NCBI GenBank assembly: GCA_947632145.1
Contig: CANRNW010000001.1
Location: forward strand, 46,509 to 110,508
Length of the DNA: 64,000 bases
Direction of reading: 5' to 3'
Source: an uncultured Clostridia bacterium
GTDB lineage: Bacteria > Bacillota > Clostridia > TANB77 > CAG-508
This document shows positions 1 through 10,644 of this stretch, in pieces (the stretch's first letter is position 1; each line of letters starts with the position of its first letter). A model generated the notes under the pieces. The model saw only the letters and a list, made by a program, of their open reading frames with translations. It was not told the origin of the DNA and ran no database searches. The translations under genes and the position numbers were made by a program.

Positions 1-793
1 AACACAATTATTACTTAAAAATATATTAACAAAGGTATGCCAAAGATATAATGCAGGTAGACCAAGAGTTGTAGTTGGAGTTCCATCAGGAATTACTGAA
101 GTAGAAGAAAGAGCAGTAGAAGAATCAGTTTTACAAGCAGGGGCTAGAGAGGTTTATTTAATAGACGAGCCAATGGCAGCTGCTATCGGAGCTAGCTTAG
201 ATGTTGCAGAACCAACAGGAAATATAATAGTTGATATTGGTGGAGGAACTACAGAAGTTGCTGTAATATCATTAGGAGGAATAGTAATTAGTCACTCATT
301 AAGAGTAGCTGGAGATGAATTAGATGAGGCTATTGTTAACTATATAAAAAAAGAGATGAATTTAGCAATAGGAGAAACAACAGCAGAAGAAATAAAAATG
401 GAAATAGGATGTGCATCACCTCTTGTTACAGAAGAAAGTATGGAAATAAGAGGTAGAGATTTAACTACTGGATTACCAAAAAACGTAACAATAACTTCAA
501 CCCAAATAGAAGAGGCTATGAAAGATCCAATTTCAGAAATTATAGATGTAGTAAAATCAACATTAGAGAAAACACCACCAGAACTAGCATCAGATATAGT
601 AGAAAAAGGAATATTCTTAGCAGGTGGTGGAGCCTTAATTAAAAATTTAGATAAATTACTTAGCCAAAAAACAAATATGCCAGTATTTGTTGCAGAAGAT
701 CCATTAGATTGTGTAGTTAAAGGAACAGGAAAAACATTAGAAGATTTAGAAAGATTAAAATCTGTTTTAATAAATGCCAGAAAACATAGATAG
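1..793 (+). CDS. mreB: Rod shape-determining protein MreB (5' partial; reading frame begins at nt 2)
   Basis: The translation ([23 protein letters not shown]...[10 protein letters not shown]...) matches an actin-like MreB. Conserved mreBCD order follows. Confidence 0.9.
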   Translation, partial: TQLLLKNILTKVCQRYNAGRPRVVVGVPSGITEVEERAVEESVLQAGAREVYLIDEPMAAAIGASLDVAEPTGNIIVDIGGGTTEVAVISLGGIVISHSLRVAGDELDEAIVNYIKKEMNLAIGETTAEEIKMEIGCASPLVTEESMEIRGRDLTTGLPKNVTITSTQIEEAMKDPISEIIDVVKSTLEKTPPELASDIVEKGIFLAGGGALIKNLDKLLSQKTNMPVFVAEDPLDCVVKGTGKTLEDLERLKSVLINARKHR

Positions 794-811
794 AACTTAA
801 GGAGAATTTTT

Positions 812-1615
812 ATGATAAATAGAGATAAAAAATCGGGCATTGTAGGAATAATAATAACTGTTATCATTTTAATAGTACTAGTATCAGTTACCAATAATTC
901 AGTATTCATTGAAGGCTTTGCAAATAAAATTGTAATGCCTATTCAAAATGGATTAGTATATTTAAAAAATAAGATAACAGGAAATAAACAATTCTTTTCA
1001 GACATACAAAATTTAAAATCAGAAAATGAACAATTAAAACAAGAAAATAAAGAATTAGAAGAAAGACTAAGAGAGTTAGAAATAGTAAGATCAGAAAACG
1101 AAATGCTAAAAGAATACGCAAATTTAACTGAAAAATACTCAGAATATAGCACAATACCAGCATATATAATAAACAAAAATATAAGTAATTTTAGTGATAA
1201 TATAGTAATAAATGTAGGAAGTAAAGATGGCGTTCAACCTAATATGGCTGTAATTTCAGAAAAGGGCTTAGTAGGATATATTATATCTACAACAGATACA
1301 ACATCAAAAGTACAAACAATAGTAGATGTTTCAACAAATGTTAGTGCTTCACTTACAACAACAAAAGATAGTATAATTTGCAAAGGAATATTAGACAGTT
1401 CTACAACAGTAAAGGCAACATATATTCCTGTAGATGCAAATTTGGAGGTCGGAGATAAGGTTGAAACCTCTGGAATGGGTGGAATATACCCTAGAGGAAT
1501 TACAATAGGAACAATAAAAGAAATAATAAATACAAAAAACATATTAGATAGATATGCAATCATAGAAACAGCAGTGGATTTTTCAAAAATAGATACAGTT
1601 TTAGTAATAAAATAA
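812..1615 (+). CDS. mreC: Rod shape-determining protein MreC
   Basis: N-terminal TM helix, then a coiled-coil (ENEQLKQENKELEERLRELE) and a beta-rich C-terminal domain. Located directly after mreB. Confidence 0.85.
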   Translation: MINRDKKSGIVGIIITVIILIVLVSVTNNSVFIEGFANKIVMPIQNGLVYLKNKITGNKQFFSDIQNLKSENEQLKQENKELEERLRELEIVRSENEMLKEYANLTEKYSEYSTIPAYIINKNISNFSDNIVINVGSKDGVQPNMAVISEKGLVGYIISTTDTTSKVQTIVDVSTNVSASLTTTKDSIICKGILDSSTTVKATYIPVDANLEVGDKVETSGMGGIYPRGITIGTIKEIINTKNILDRYAIIETAVDFSKIDTVLVIK

Positions 1616-1630
1616 TGATAGGAGGAGAAT

Positions 1631-2161
1631 ATGAAAAAAGTACTAATATATATTGGAATATTTATAACATTTATTATCATATATCTCCTACAGTCAAATC
1701 TTTTTGTATGGTTTAATATAGCAGGAATTATGCCAAATTTATTTATAATTCTAGTACTATTTTGTGGGTTATTTACAGGAAAGAAATCTGGACTAATATG
1801 TGGATTCATAATAGGAATACTACTAGATTTATTTTTAGAAACAAAAGTATTGATTGAACCAATAATGCTTGGAATAGTTGGCTTTGTGAGTGGAATCCTA
1901 TCTAAAATTTTTTCGAAAGAAAATAGATTTAATATAATGATAATGGTAATTGCATTAACATTTGCTTATGAAACAAGTGTATATGTATTAAAAATATTAT
2001 TAAATGGAATAGAGCTAGAATTATTGCCATTCATAAAGATAATATTTGTAGAATGTTTCTTTAACGCAATGCTTACAATAATAATATATCCAATATTCCA
2101 ATACTTTGGATTAAAAATAGAAGATAAAATCTTGGGGAATAAAATGCTAAGATATTTTTAG
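1631..2161 (+). CDS. mreD: Rod shape-determining protein MreD
   Basis: Small polytopic membrane protein (176 aa) directly after mreC. RBS GGAGGAG upstream. Confidence 0.75.
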   Translation: MKKVLIYIGIFITFIIIYLLQSNLFVWFNIAGIMPNLFIILVLFCGLFTGKKSGLICGFIIGILLDLFLETKVLIEPIMLGIVGFVSGILSKIFSKENRFNIMIMVIALTFAYETSVYVLKILLNGIELELLPFIKIIFVECFFNAMLTIIIYPIFQYFGLKIEDKILGNKMLRYF

Positions 2162-2184
2162 TAGTATTTATATGAGAGAAGTGG

Positions 2185-4278
2185 TTGCAAGCAGGAGGTG
2201 ACAAACAAGTGATAGAACCTGAAAAAAACAAATTAAGATATAATATTTTAAATTTATTGATATACATTATTGGAATTGTACTTATATTGAGACTATTTGA
2301 TTTTCAAATAATTCACGGAGAAGAATATAGACAATTATCAAACAATAGATTAACAAGAGAAATAAAAGTTAATCCAGCAAGAGGAAATATTTTAGATAGA
2401 ACTGGAAATGTGCTTGTTGGCAATACTATGGGATTTGAACTACAATTATATAAAAGTAAAATAGAAATAGAAGAACTTAACAATACAATACTAAAAATAA
2501 TAAATATAATAGAAAAAAACGGAGATACATATACAGATACATTTCCAATAAAGATGAGCCCATCTATTGAATATACATATACAGGAGATGAACTTGCAAA
2601 TTGGAAAAAAACAAACAAAATAGGAGACGATGTAGGAGCCGAGGAGGCTATATATATATTCAAAGATAAATATAAGATAAATAGTGATAATATAGAAGAT
2701 ATAAGAAAAATAATATCAATTAGGTATAGAATACAAACAGAAAATTATAGCAGTACAAATCCAATAATAATATCAAAAAATGTTAGCAGACAAACCTTCT
2801 TAGAAATAGATGAAAGAAGAAATGAACTACCAGGAGTAGATATAGTAACACAATCAGTAAGAGACTATAGAAATGGTAAATTAGCATCACACATAATAGG
2901 TTATATGGGAAGAATAAGCGAAGAAGAATATAACGCAAGACCAGATTATGGAATGAATGATTATATAGGAAAACTTGGAATAGAATATATTTGCGAAGAC
3001 TATTTAAGAGGAAAATCTGGAACAAAGCAAGTAGATATGGATGTAAATGGTATGGCAGTTGCAGAGTACGATACAAAAGAAGCAATACAAGGTTCCAATG
3101 TAGTATTAACAATAGATGCAAACTTACAGAAAGTTACAGAAGATGCATTAGCAAAAAATTTGGAAAAAATGCGAAATGGTAGTTTTGGTGAAGTATGTAA
3201 TGCTACAAGAGGAGCGGTAGTTGTTACAAATGTTAAAACTGGTGAAATCCTTGCCATGGTTAGTTTACCAGACTATGAACCACAGTTATTCTTAAATGGA
3301 ATAAGTGAGGCAAAATGGTCAGAATATAGAGAAAACAATGCATTATACAATGTTGCAGCACAAGGAAGTTATGCTCCAGGTTCAACATTTAAAATGGTTA
3401 CAGCAATAGCTGGTCTAGAAACTGGAAATATTACAAGAAACGAACTAATAAATGATATAGGGGTATATCCTTATGGACATCATCCAGAATGTTGGTATAG
3501 AGCAGGACACGGACCTATAAATGTTACAAATGCAATAAAACAATCTTGTAATTACTTTTTCTATGAAGTTGGGTATAGAATGGGAATAGAACCACTAGAG
3601 ACTTATGCAAGATATTTTGGATTAGGAGAGAAAACAGGTGCAGAAGTAATAGATGAAACTTCTGGAACATTAGCAGGAAAAACATATTATGACAAAATAG
3701 GACAAACGTGGTATTTAGGAAATACATTATCAGCAGTAATTGGTCAAGCAGAAAATTCATTTTCTCCATTGCAAATGGCAAAATACATAAGTATACTTAC
3801 AAATGGAGGAAAAAATATAGATTTAACACTTATAAAAACAATAATAAACCAAGACGGCACTGAAGTTCCAAAAGAAGAAATAAATAATTATATAGATCAA
3901 AAAATTGGTAGAACAAGATCAACTAAAGAAGATTTAAACATAGATCCAGAAAACTTAAAAACTGTATTAGAAGGAATGAAATCTGTTGCAAATGACCCTG
4001 GAGGAACAGCTTATAACACATTTAAAAATTTTGAAATAGAAATAGGAGGAAAAACAGGTTCAGCAGAAGCTGGTGATAAATCTAATGGATGGTTTGTCGG
4101 TTTTGCACCATTTGATGAGCCAGAAATAGCAATAGTAGTATTCGTAGAAGGTGGAGAACATGGATCTTATACAGCAGAAGTTGCAAAAGATGTAATATCT
4201 GAATATTTTGGAATGAACCAAGCAAAAGTAGTAGAAGATAATACAATATCTAGCTACAAACAGACAATAAACATGTAG
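2185..4278 (+). CDS. mrdA: Penicillin-binding protein 2 (class B transpeptidase)
   Basis: N-terminal TM, PBP dimerisation region, and transpeptidase motifs STFK, SCN and KTGS. Follows mreBCD. The true start may lie slightly downstream of the listed ORF start. Confidence 0.85.
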   Translation: MQAGGDKQVIEPEKNKLRYNILNLLIYIIGIVLILRLFDFQIIHGEEYRQLSNNRLTREIKVNPARGNILDRTGNVLVGNTMGFELQLYKSKIEIEELNNTILKIINIIEKNGDTYTDTFPIKMSPSIEYTYTGDELANWKKTNKIGDDVGAEEAIYIFKDKYKINSDNIEDIRKIISIRYRIQTENYSSTNPIIISKNVSRQTFLEIDERRNELPGVDIVTQSVRDYRNGKLASHIIGYMGRISEEEYNARPDYGMNDYIGKLGIEYICEDYLRGKSGTKQVDMDVNGMAVAEYDTKEAIQGSNVVLTIDANLQKVTEDALAKNLEKMRNGSFGEVCNATRGAVVVTNVKTGEILAMVSLPDYEPQLFLNGISEAKWSEYRENNALYNVAAQGSYAPGSTFKMVTAIAGLETGNITRNELINDIGVYPYGHHPECWYRAGHGPINVTNAIKQSCNYFFYEVGYRMGIEPLETYARYFGLGEKTGAEVIDETSGTLAGKTYYDKIGQTWYLGNTLSAVIGQAENSFSPLQMAKYISILTNGGKNIDLTLIKTIINQDGTEVPKEEINNYIDQKIGRTRSTKEDLNIDPENLKTVLEGMKSVANDPGGTAYNTFKNFEIEIGGKTGSAEAGDKSNGWFVGFAPFDEPEIAIVVFVEGGEHGSYTAEVAKDVISEYFGMNQAKVVEDNTISSYKQTINM

Positions 4279-4376
4279 GGGCGCATGATTGCACCCGAGC
4301 AAATCACAAAAAAACGTAGGGGCGCATGATTGTACCCGAGCAATCACAAAAACTGTAGGGGCGCATGATTGCGCCC
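4275..4376. repeat. Three tandem ~40-bp units, each with the GC-rich hairpin GTAGGGGCGCATGATTGCGCCC (7-bp stem GGGCGCA / TGCGCCC). The first unit overlaps the mrdA stop codon.
   Basis: Direct reading: units start at 4275, 4316 and 4355. Units 1 and 2 have a degenerate 3' arm (gcaccc / gtaccc). The same hairpin recurs at 15644-15736. Confidence 0.75.
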
Positions 4377-4398
4377 AAACAAAAAAGGAGGAATTAAA

Positions 4399-5004
4399 AT
4401 GGAAAACTGTATTGCCATAAATTTAAAACAAGGAGAAATAATTATTAAAATAGCAGAACAAGTTAGTTATGAAGAAATGATAGAATGTTTAAAAGAAAAA
4501 GTTGCACAATTAAGCAAAATGTATAAAGAAGAAAAAAATCCAATATTTGTAACAGGAAGAGTATTAACAACAAAAGAAATGGAAGACATAAAAAACATAA
4601 TAAAAGAAGAAATAGATGTAGAAATTAAGTTTGATAGTCCTAAAGAAATGGGACTTTCAGAAATAAAAAAAGTATATGAAAGAGATACAGAGAATTCAAA
4701 TACAAAATATTATAGAGGTTCATTAAGATGTGGACAAAAAATGGAATATGAAGGAAGTATAGTAATTATAGGAGATATAAACGGCGGAGCAGAAGTAATT
4801 GCAGGAGAAAATATAATAGTTTTAGGAGCATTAAGAGGACTAGCTCACGCAGGAGCAAAAGGAAATAAAAAAGCCATAATTGCAACAACATCAATAGATG
4901 CACCACAAATAAGAATAGCAAACTTAGTAAAAGAAGTAGTAGAAGTAGCACCAAAGAAACATACATACATATATGTAAAAGACAACGAAATTGTAATAGA
5001 ATAA
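4399..5004 (+). CDS. minC: Septum site-determining protein MinC
   Basis: C-terminal beta-helix domain (IIGDINGGAEVIAGENIIVLGALRGLAHAGAKGNKKAIIAT). RBS AAAGGAGG at 4385. The upstream part of the listed ORF (from 4369) overlaps the repeat. Confidence 0.8.
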   Translation: MENCIAINLKQGEIIIKIAEQVSYEEMIECLKEKVAQLSKMYKEEKNPIFVTGRVLTTKEMEDIKNIIKEEIDVEIKFDSPKEMGLSEIKKVYERDTENSNTKYYRGSLRCGQKMEYEGSIVIIGDINGGAEVIAGENIIVLGALRGLAHAGAKGNKKAIIATTSIDAPQIRIANLVKEVVEVAPKKHTYIYVKDNEIVIE

Positions 5005-5007
5005 TCC

Positions 5008-5040
5008 CCCTCAGTCACCTATCGTGACTGAGGATTTTAT
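5008..5040 (+). terminator. Rho-independent terminator after minC
   Basis: CCTCAGTCAC...GTGACTGAGG hairpin followed by ATTTTAT. Confidence 0.6.
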
Positions 5041-5149
5041 CCTACCAACAGCATAATCAATGTGATAAAAAGCCAAGTATCATCGACACCTTCTTCATAT
5101 AAAAAGAAAATTAAAGTAATAAGTAACATATTATCCGAACTTAAATTTA

Positions 5150-5587
5150 TCATTTATCATCACCATTAGATTTAGTAAACATATCCATCACTCTAGAAAT
5201 ATTTAAAAATTGAATATATTGGTCAATTTTATTCTTTTTATTATCTTTCAAGTATGGTTTTAAAGAAATAAGCAATTTAGATCTAGGATCATCTTTAGAA
5301 TTCATTTTATCCATAATATTCTTAAATTTCATAATAGTTTCAAAATCGATATTATAACTTGAATTAGATGAATTATTAGTTGAATCATCTTTTGCAGTAT
5401 CTGAGGTATTATTTTTATTCAACATAGAAACTAAATTGTTAATAGCTTCTGGAGAAATTCCGCTATTTTTATTAGAATCAGTATTAGAATTAGAAGAATT
5501 CATATTAGAAATAATGTTTTGAAACTCATCTGGAATATTACCATTATTCATTATAGATTTAATTTTATCAAAAGCGTTATCCTCCAT
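5150..5587 (-). CDS. Hypothetical Asn/Ser-rich low-complexity protein
   Basis: 145-aa ORF with good coding look, but no recognisable domain. Confidence 0.45.
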   Translation of the reverse strand: MEDNAFDKIKSIMNNGNIPDEFQNIISNMNSSNSNTDSNKNSGISPEAINNLVSMLNKNNTSDTAKDDSTNNSSNSSYNIDFETIMKFKNIMDKMNSKDDPRSKLLISLKPYLKDNKKNKIDQYIQFLNISRVMDMFTKSNGDDK

Positions 5588-5995
5588 AAGTCTTACCTCC
5601 CTATGTACTTTTTTCCACCATTACCTAATGGAGCCAAATCACATGTTTTTCATTTTCTTTAAAATGTCTTCCTTACTATTATTTTTCAATATTTCATTAG
5701 CTTTGGCTATACCATTTTGTAATTCCTTTTGATCCATTTTGGACAATATTTCCATAAGTTTATTCATATCAGAATTATTCATAAGCCTTCCCTTTCCTTT
5801 CTTCCCTAGTAATATAATTTATGTACTATATACTATAATATGATAAAAAAACTAATTGGTTACAATTTATAAAAATGTAATAGAAATTTAATATTTTCGA
5901 TTTCATAATTCGACAAAATACTACTTCCGTAAATTAAAAATTAGGTAAAAATAGGAAAAAATACAAAAAAACACCTATAATAAGCCCTATAAGTA

Positions 5996-6024
5996 TTGAC
6001 TTATTCAAAAAAAAATGGCATAAT
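5996..6024 (+). promoter_or_regulatory. Candidate sigma-A promoter for the surface-protein operon
   Basis: TTGACT, a 17-nt spacer, then CATAAT. RBS GGGAGGT at 6077 and ATG at 6091 lie downstream. Confidence 0.4.
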
Positions 6025-6090
6025 ATAATTATGTATATATAATTATGGTAACTAAATTTGAATTATGTATATAAGTGGGAGGTAAAATAT

Positions 6091-9000
6091 ATGCTAACAA
6101 AAATTTGTAAAAACAAGAAAACACAGAGGATATTAGCAATTTTGCTGATAATTACAATGACACTTGTAAATATCTTATTTTTGGGGAAGAATTTAATAGC
6201 GTATGCATTCGAAACGGATTTAGAGTCACAAAATGAAAACACACAATCAAACAATGTAAAATTTGATGCATATTTTAACGACAACGGAGGTAAAAATGTA
6301 CACTCTGCTATTTTTGATGCAACAAGTAATAATTCGATAATAAACTTACACCTTGCAGTAAAAGATGCAGGCTACCTAAAAGAAGCATATATTGATTTTA
6401 GAGATGAACAAAATTCAACTGATACGAATTATGATATAATTTCAGATTTGGATGATACAACACTAATCCAAAATGTTAATAAAGAATTAAAAACAATAGC
6501 ACTAAACTTTGTGGATTATGGAACAGATGCAGTAATTCAAATACCAGTAAGAACAGTAATTCCAAATTTGATGGACATAAATAAACTAAAACAAAAAACT
6601 AATGTAACACTTAGAGGAATATATGTAGATAGACTTGGAACTGAAATGGACATATTAAAAACAATAACTTTAAGTTTAGGTTGGAACATAGAAACAGAGT
6701 TAAACCTAGAACAATCAGTTGTAAAATATATTCCATACACAAACAATGAACAATCAGGAATTTTATTACAAATGCAAGTTACAGAAAAACAAAATAAAGA
6801 AGATTTTGTTTTACCAGTAAAATCTTCTGAAATAAAAATAGAAGTACCAAAAATTGCAGATGTTTTACCAGAAAATGCAATAGTAATTGCAGATCAAACT
6901 TTAGCAACAAATGGAGACAAAATCGAATTTACTGAAAATAATTGGAACTATGATAAAGAAAATGGAACAATTTCAATTAAATCAGAAATGTATCAAGAAG
7001 AAGGAAAAGTATGGGCAGGAACAGGAGCTGATACATACTTAATCACATATATATATCCAAATGCAACAATAGACGAGGAACAAACAATTACATCTAACAT
7101 AGAAGCAAAAATGGAAAACTTTAGTGCAGAAGGAGTAGTAGAGAAATCAGCAACATTAAATGAAGAAATAATATTAAATGAAGAAATAGGAAGCATAGTT
7201 ACATACAGTGTAAAAGCAAATCAAGAAGAAATGTCAAAAGGAAGAATGTATGCAAACTGTAATTCAGATATAAAAAATTATGATACAGCTTATGAATTAA
7301 CAATTAAAGCAAATGTATCAAACTACGAAACAGTAGAAAAATTAGCATTTGAAATACCAACAGACACTTTCTTAAAAGGAGAAAAAGAATATTCAATACC
7401 AAATACATATTCTAATCAAATAACAATAAGCAAAGCAAATATGCAAAAAGTACTAGGAGAAGATGGATTTGTTAAAATGTCTGATGGAACAGGTACATAT
7501 ATAATAAATTCAGAAACTGAAGATGTAGATGGAAACTACATAATCAATTTAGACGAGCAAATATCAAATATTATGATAGAAACATCAAAACCAATAGCAG
7601 ACGAAATATTTAAAATAGATGTAAGCAAAATTATATCTAAAGATTTAATATATCCAAAAGCACAATTAAAAGAATTCGATACTTTAAAAGTAAATGTTTA
7701 TGCAAATAGCGATGTTATATCTGACACAATTGCTTTAACAGAAACAAGCACAAATGCAAAATTAGAAATGAGTAATGTAGACCTAGTTTCATCAACAGAA
7801 AATAAAGATGTAAACTTCAAAATAATTTTAAACAATAGCAGTGAAAATTCAGATTTATATAAAAATGCAGTATTTGAAATAGCTCTACCAAAATACATAG
7901 AAGATATATATGGAATGGCAAATATATTATATTCAAGTGGATTAGAGATAGACAAAATAGAAAAAGTAAGCACAGAAAATGGAATAGTATTAAAAATAAT
8001 AACAAAAGGTGCAGAAAACTTATTCAGTGATGGAGTACTTACAAATGGTGCAGTTATAACAATAGATGCTACATTAAAAATAGGAGAATTAGAAGAAAAT
8101 GTATCAGATAAAGTAATATTTACATATACAAACGAAAATGCTATTGCCTATGAAAATGAAGGAAAAGAAGAAATTGATGTAAACTTTATTGCAAGACCAA
8201 AAACAGAAACACAAAATGATCAACCAGAAGTAGTAACTAATCCAAACTTAACAGCTGATTTAGATGAAAAAGCAACATTAGAGGCAAATACAAAGATAAT
8301 CTATCAAGAAGAAGAAATAGACTCAACAGATTCAGTAATGGAAAAACAAGAAGTAATATATATAACAACAATAAAAAATACAAGTACAGTTGATGCTACA
8401 AATGTTCAACTAGTTACAAATATACAAAATGGAAAAATATTAAATACAAATATGAAAATATTAGATGAAACTGGAAGTATATTAACTACACAAGACCATA
8501 CAGTAAATGAAGAAAATGTAACTACATTCACAGCTAACTGGGAAAAAATACCAGCAGGAGGAAGCGGAGTATTAGAATATATTGTTATTCCAAAAGATGT
8601 AAAAGAAATAAAAACAAGCGAAAATCTATCAACTAGAAATGACCAATATATAAAATATGATGATGAAGGTAATTCAACAGTTATTACTTACGAAGAATAT
8701 ATTGAGTACTTAAAGTTAAAAAATACAGTAGAAGTAACAGGACAAAACTTAGATGAAAAAATAGAACATGAAGTAAAGAATATTATAAATGAAACTGATA
8801 TAGTAGTCGAATTGTCAGAAGATAGCCAAGCAATTTTCTTAAATGATTATGAAGTTCAAATGAATTTGGTTGTAAGCAATGTATCAGAAGAAGACATAAA
8901 TGATGTTGTTATAACACAAGTTATACCAGAGGGGTTAGAGTTTGTGCCATTAAAAGGGCAAGAAGATATAAAATATAATGAAAATACTAGAACTATAACT

Positions 9001-10644
9001 ATAAATGTAGATAAAATTGAAGCTAATAGCCATTTTATAGAAGTTATAAATGTAAAAACAAATTTACCAGAAACAGTTGGAAATATGCAAATAGCAAATA
9101 GGGCAAAAGTTAGTGTAGAAGGAAAAGGAACTTGGTATTCAAATACAACAACATTAAATGTAATTGCCCCAGTATTAAGTGTAAATTTAAATTCAAATAT
9201 AACAAATGGATCATATGTAAAAGAAGGACAAAATATTGAAATAACAGGAATAGCAAAAAATACAGGTGGAACGATATCAAGGAATACAATACTTTCAATA
9301 AATTTACCAGATGGCTTTGAAGTAACAGATGCAACTTATACACTAGATAGTGGAGAAACACAAGAATTAACAACAATATATGGAAATGAATATCAGTTAA
9401 CTACTTCATTAGACATGGGAGAAAAAATTGCATTTAAAATAGTAGGAACGGCAACTGTTCAAAATGGTTTGGCTGAAGAAGAAATAAATATCAAAGCTAC
9501 AATTGAAGATGAAAAGAGAGCTCCAGTATCATCAAATGTGTTAACATATAAAATAGAAAAAGTTATAGATGATCCAGACAATCCAGATGACCAAAATCCA
9601 GATAATCCAACAGTAAAAACATATAGAATATCTGGTAAAGCTTGGTTAGATGAAAACAAAGATGGAAAATTAGATGAAAATGAAAAACTATTAGAAGGAA
9701 TAAATGCATTATTGATAGATTCAAAAACTGGAGTTATAGTTACAGATAGAACAAATGGAACGATTAAAGAAACAAAAACTTCAAGCAAAGGTGAATATAC
9801 TTTTTCAAATTTACTTCCTGGTTCATACATAGTAATATTTGAATATGACTCTAGCTTATACAACATAACAGAATACAATAAATCAGGAGTAACAGAAGAT
9901 TTATCTTCAAAAGCAATACAAACAAATGTAAATAGAGATGGAGTTACAAAGATAGCAGGAGCAACAAATACAATTACAATTTTAGACTCAAGTATTGCAA
10001 ATATAAATATAGGATTAGTGGAAAATCCAAAATTTGATTTAAGTTTAAAAATGGAATTATCTAAAGCTACAATAGTAAATTCATCTGGAACAAAAGAGTA
10101 TACATTCAATAATGCTAAATTGGGAAAAATAGATATACCAGGTAAATATTTAAGTTCAACAACTGCAACAATAGAATATAAAATAACAATAAAAAATGAA
10201 GGAGCAGTTGAAGGAATTGCTAAAAAAATAGTAGATTATCTACCAAGTGATTTAAACTTTGATGAAATACAAAACCCTGGTTGGTATAAAGATAAAGATG
10301 GTAATATCTATAACAATACTTTAACAAATACAATAATAAAACCAGGAGAAACACAAGAATTAAAACTAATACTAACAAAGAAGATGACAGGTGAAAATAC
10401 AGGAACAATAACAAATAGAGCAGAAATATATGAAGATTATAATGAACTTGGACTTAAAGATTATAATTCTAGCACTGGAAATAAGGCACAAGGAGAAAAC
10501 GATTTAGACTATGCAAACTTAATAATAACAGTTAAAACAGGACAAGTTGCAGTGTATATAACAATTACATTTATAAGTATAGCAATAATAGCACTAGGTG
10601 TTTACGAAATAAATAAAAGAGTATTGAAGGGAGGGATAAACTAA
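6091..10644 (+). CDS. Giant cell-surface protein (about 1517 aa) with Cna-B/SdrD-B-like and DUF11 repeat domains and a C-terminal TM anchor
   Basis: N-terminal signal/TM. SdrD-B-like segment GKAWLDENKDGKLDENEKLLEGINALLID...GEYTFSNLLPGSYIVIF. DUF11-like segment TATIEYKITIKNEGAVEG. C-terminus VKTGQ + hydrophobic helix + KRVLKGG. The listed ORF start at 6058 lies upstream of the RBS-supported ATG at 6091. Confidence 0.8.
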   Translation: MLTKICKNKKTQRILAILLIITMTLVNILFLGKNLIAYAFETDLESQNENTQSNNVKFDAYFNDNGGKNVHSAIFDATSNNSIINLHLAVKDAGYLKEAYIDFRDEQNSTDTNYDIISDLDDTTLIQNVNKELKTIALNFVDYGTDAVIQIPVRTVIPNLMDINKLKQKTNVTLRGIYVDRLGTEMDILKTITLSLGWNIETELNLEQSVVKYIPYTNNEQSGILLQMQVTEKQNKEDFVLPVKSSEIKIEVPKIADVLPENAIVIADQTLATNGDKIEFTENNWNYDKENGTISIKSEMYQEEGKVWAGTGADTYLITYIYPNATIDEEQTITSNIEAKMENFSAEGVVEKSATLNEEIILNEEIGSIVTYSVKANQEEMSKGRMYANCNSDIKNYDTAYELTIKANVSNYETVEKLAFEIPTDTFLKGEKEYSIPNTYSNQITISKANMQKVLGEDGFVKMSDGTGTYIINSETEDVDGNYIINLDEQISNIMIETSKPIADEIFKIDVSKIISKDLIYPKAQLKEFDTLKVNVYANSDVISDTIALTETSTNAKLEMSNVDLVSSTENKDVNFKIILNNSSENSDLYKNAVFEIALPKYIEDIYGMANILYSSGLEIDKIEKVSTENGIVLKIITKGAENLFSDGVLTNGAVITIDATLKIGELEENVSDKVIFTYTNENAIAYENEGKEEIDVNFIARPKTETQNDQPEVVTNPNLTADLDEKATLEANTKIIYQEEEIDSTDSVMEKQEVIYITTIKNTSTVDATNVQLVTNIQNGKILNTNMKILDETGSILTTQDHTVNEENVTTFTANWEKIPAGGSGVLEYIVIPKDVKEIKTSENLSTRNDQYIKYDDEGNSTVITYEEYIEYLKLKNTVEVTGQNLDEKIEHEVKNIINETDIVVELSEDSQAIFLNDYEVQMNLVVSNVSEEDINDVVITQVIPEGLEFVPLKGQEDIKYNENTRTITINVDKIEANSHFIEVINVKTNLPETVGNMQIANRAKVSVEGKGTWYSNTTTLNVIAPVLSVNLNSNITNGSYVKEGQNIEITGIAKNTGGTISRNTILSINLPDGFEVTDATYTLDSGETQELTTIYGNEYQLTTSLDMGEKIAFKIVGTATVQNGLAEEEINIKATIEDEKRAPVSSNVLTYKIEKVIDDPDNPDDQNPDNPTVKTYRISGKAWLDENKDGKLDENEKLLEGINALLIDSKTGVIVTDRTNGTIKETKTSSKGEYTFSNLLPGSYIVIFEYDSSLYNITEYNKSGVTEDLSSKAIQTNVNRDGVTKIAGATNTITILDSSIANINIGLVENPKFDLSLKMELSKATIVNSSGTKEYTFNNAKLGKIDIPGKYLSSTTATIEYKITIKNEGAVEGIAKKIVDYLPSDLNFDEIQNPGWYKDKDGNIYNNTLTNTIIKPGETQELKLILTKKMTGENTGTITNRAEIYEDYNELGLKDYNSSTGNKAQGENDLDYANLIITVKTGQVAVYITITFISIAIIALGVYEINKRVLKGGIN

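Noticed and set aside
340-909. Many antisense or overlapping ORFs of 60-200 aa inside large genes (e.g. 340-909, 1234-1809, 9459-10109, 14411-14791, 21047-21478, 23669-24127, 36484-37047)
   Set aside because: Low-complexity, Leu/Phe/Ile-rich shadow ORFs typical of AT-rich DNA. Each lies wholly inside a strongly supported gene on the other strand or frame.
4275-4376. Possible CRISPR array from the three tandem ~40-bp repeats
   Set aside because: Only three units, no unique spacers between them (the inter-repeat sequence is itself repeated), and the unit is a simple GC hairpin. It is better explained as a REP-like tandem.
5639-5781. 47-aa minus-strand ORF (MNNSDMNKLMEILSKMDQKELQNGIAKANEILKNN...) between minC and the surface operon
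   Set aside because: It is helical and plausible, but too short and featureless to call. Noted only as a possible small protein.
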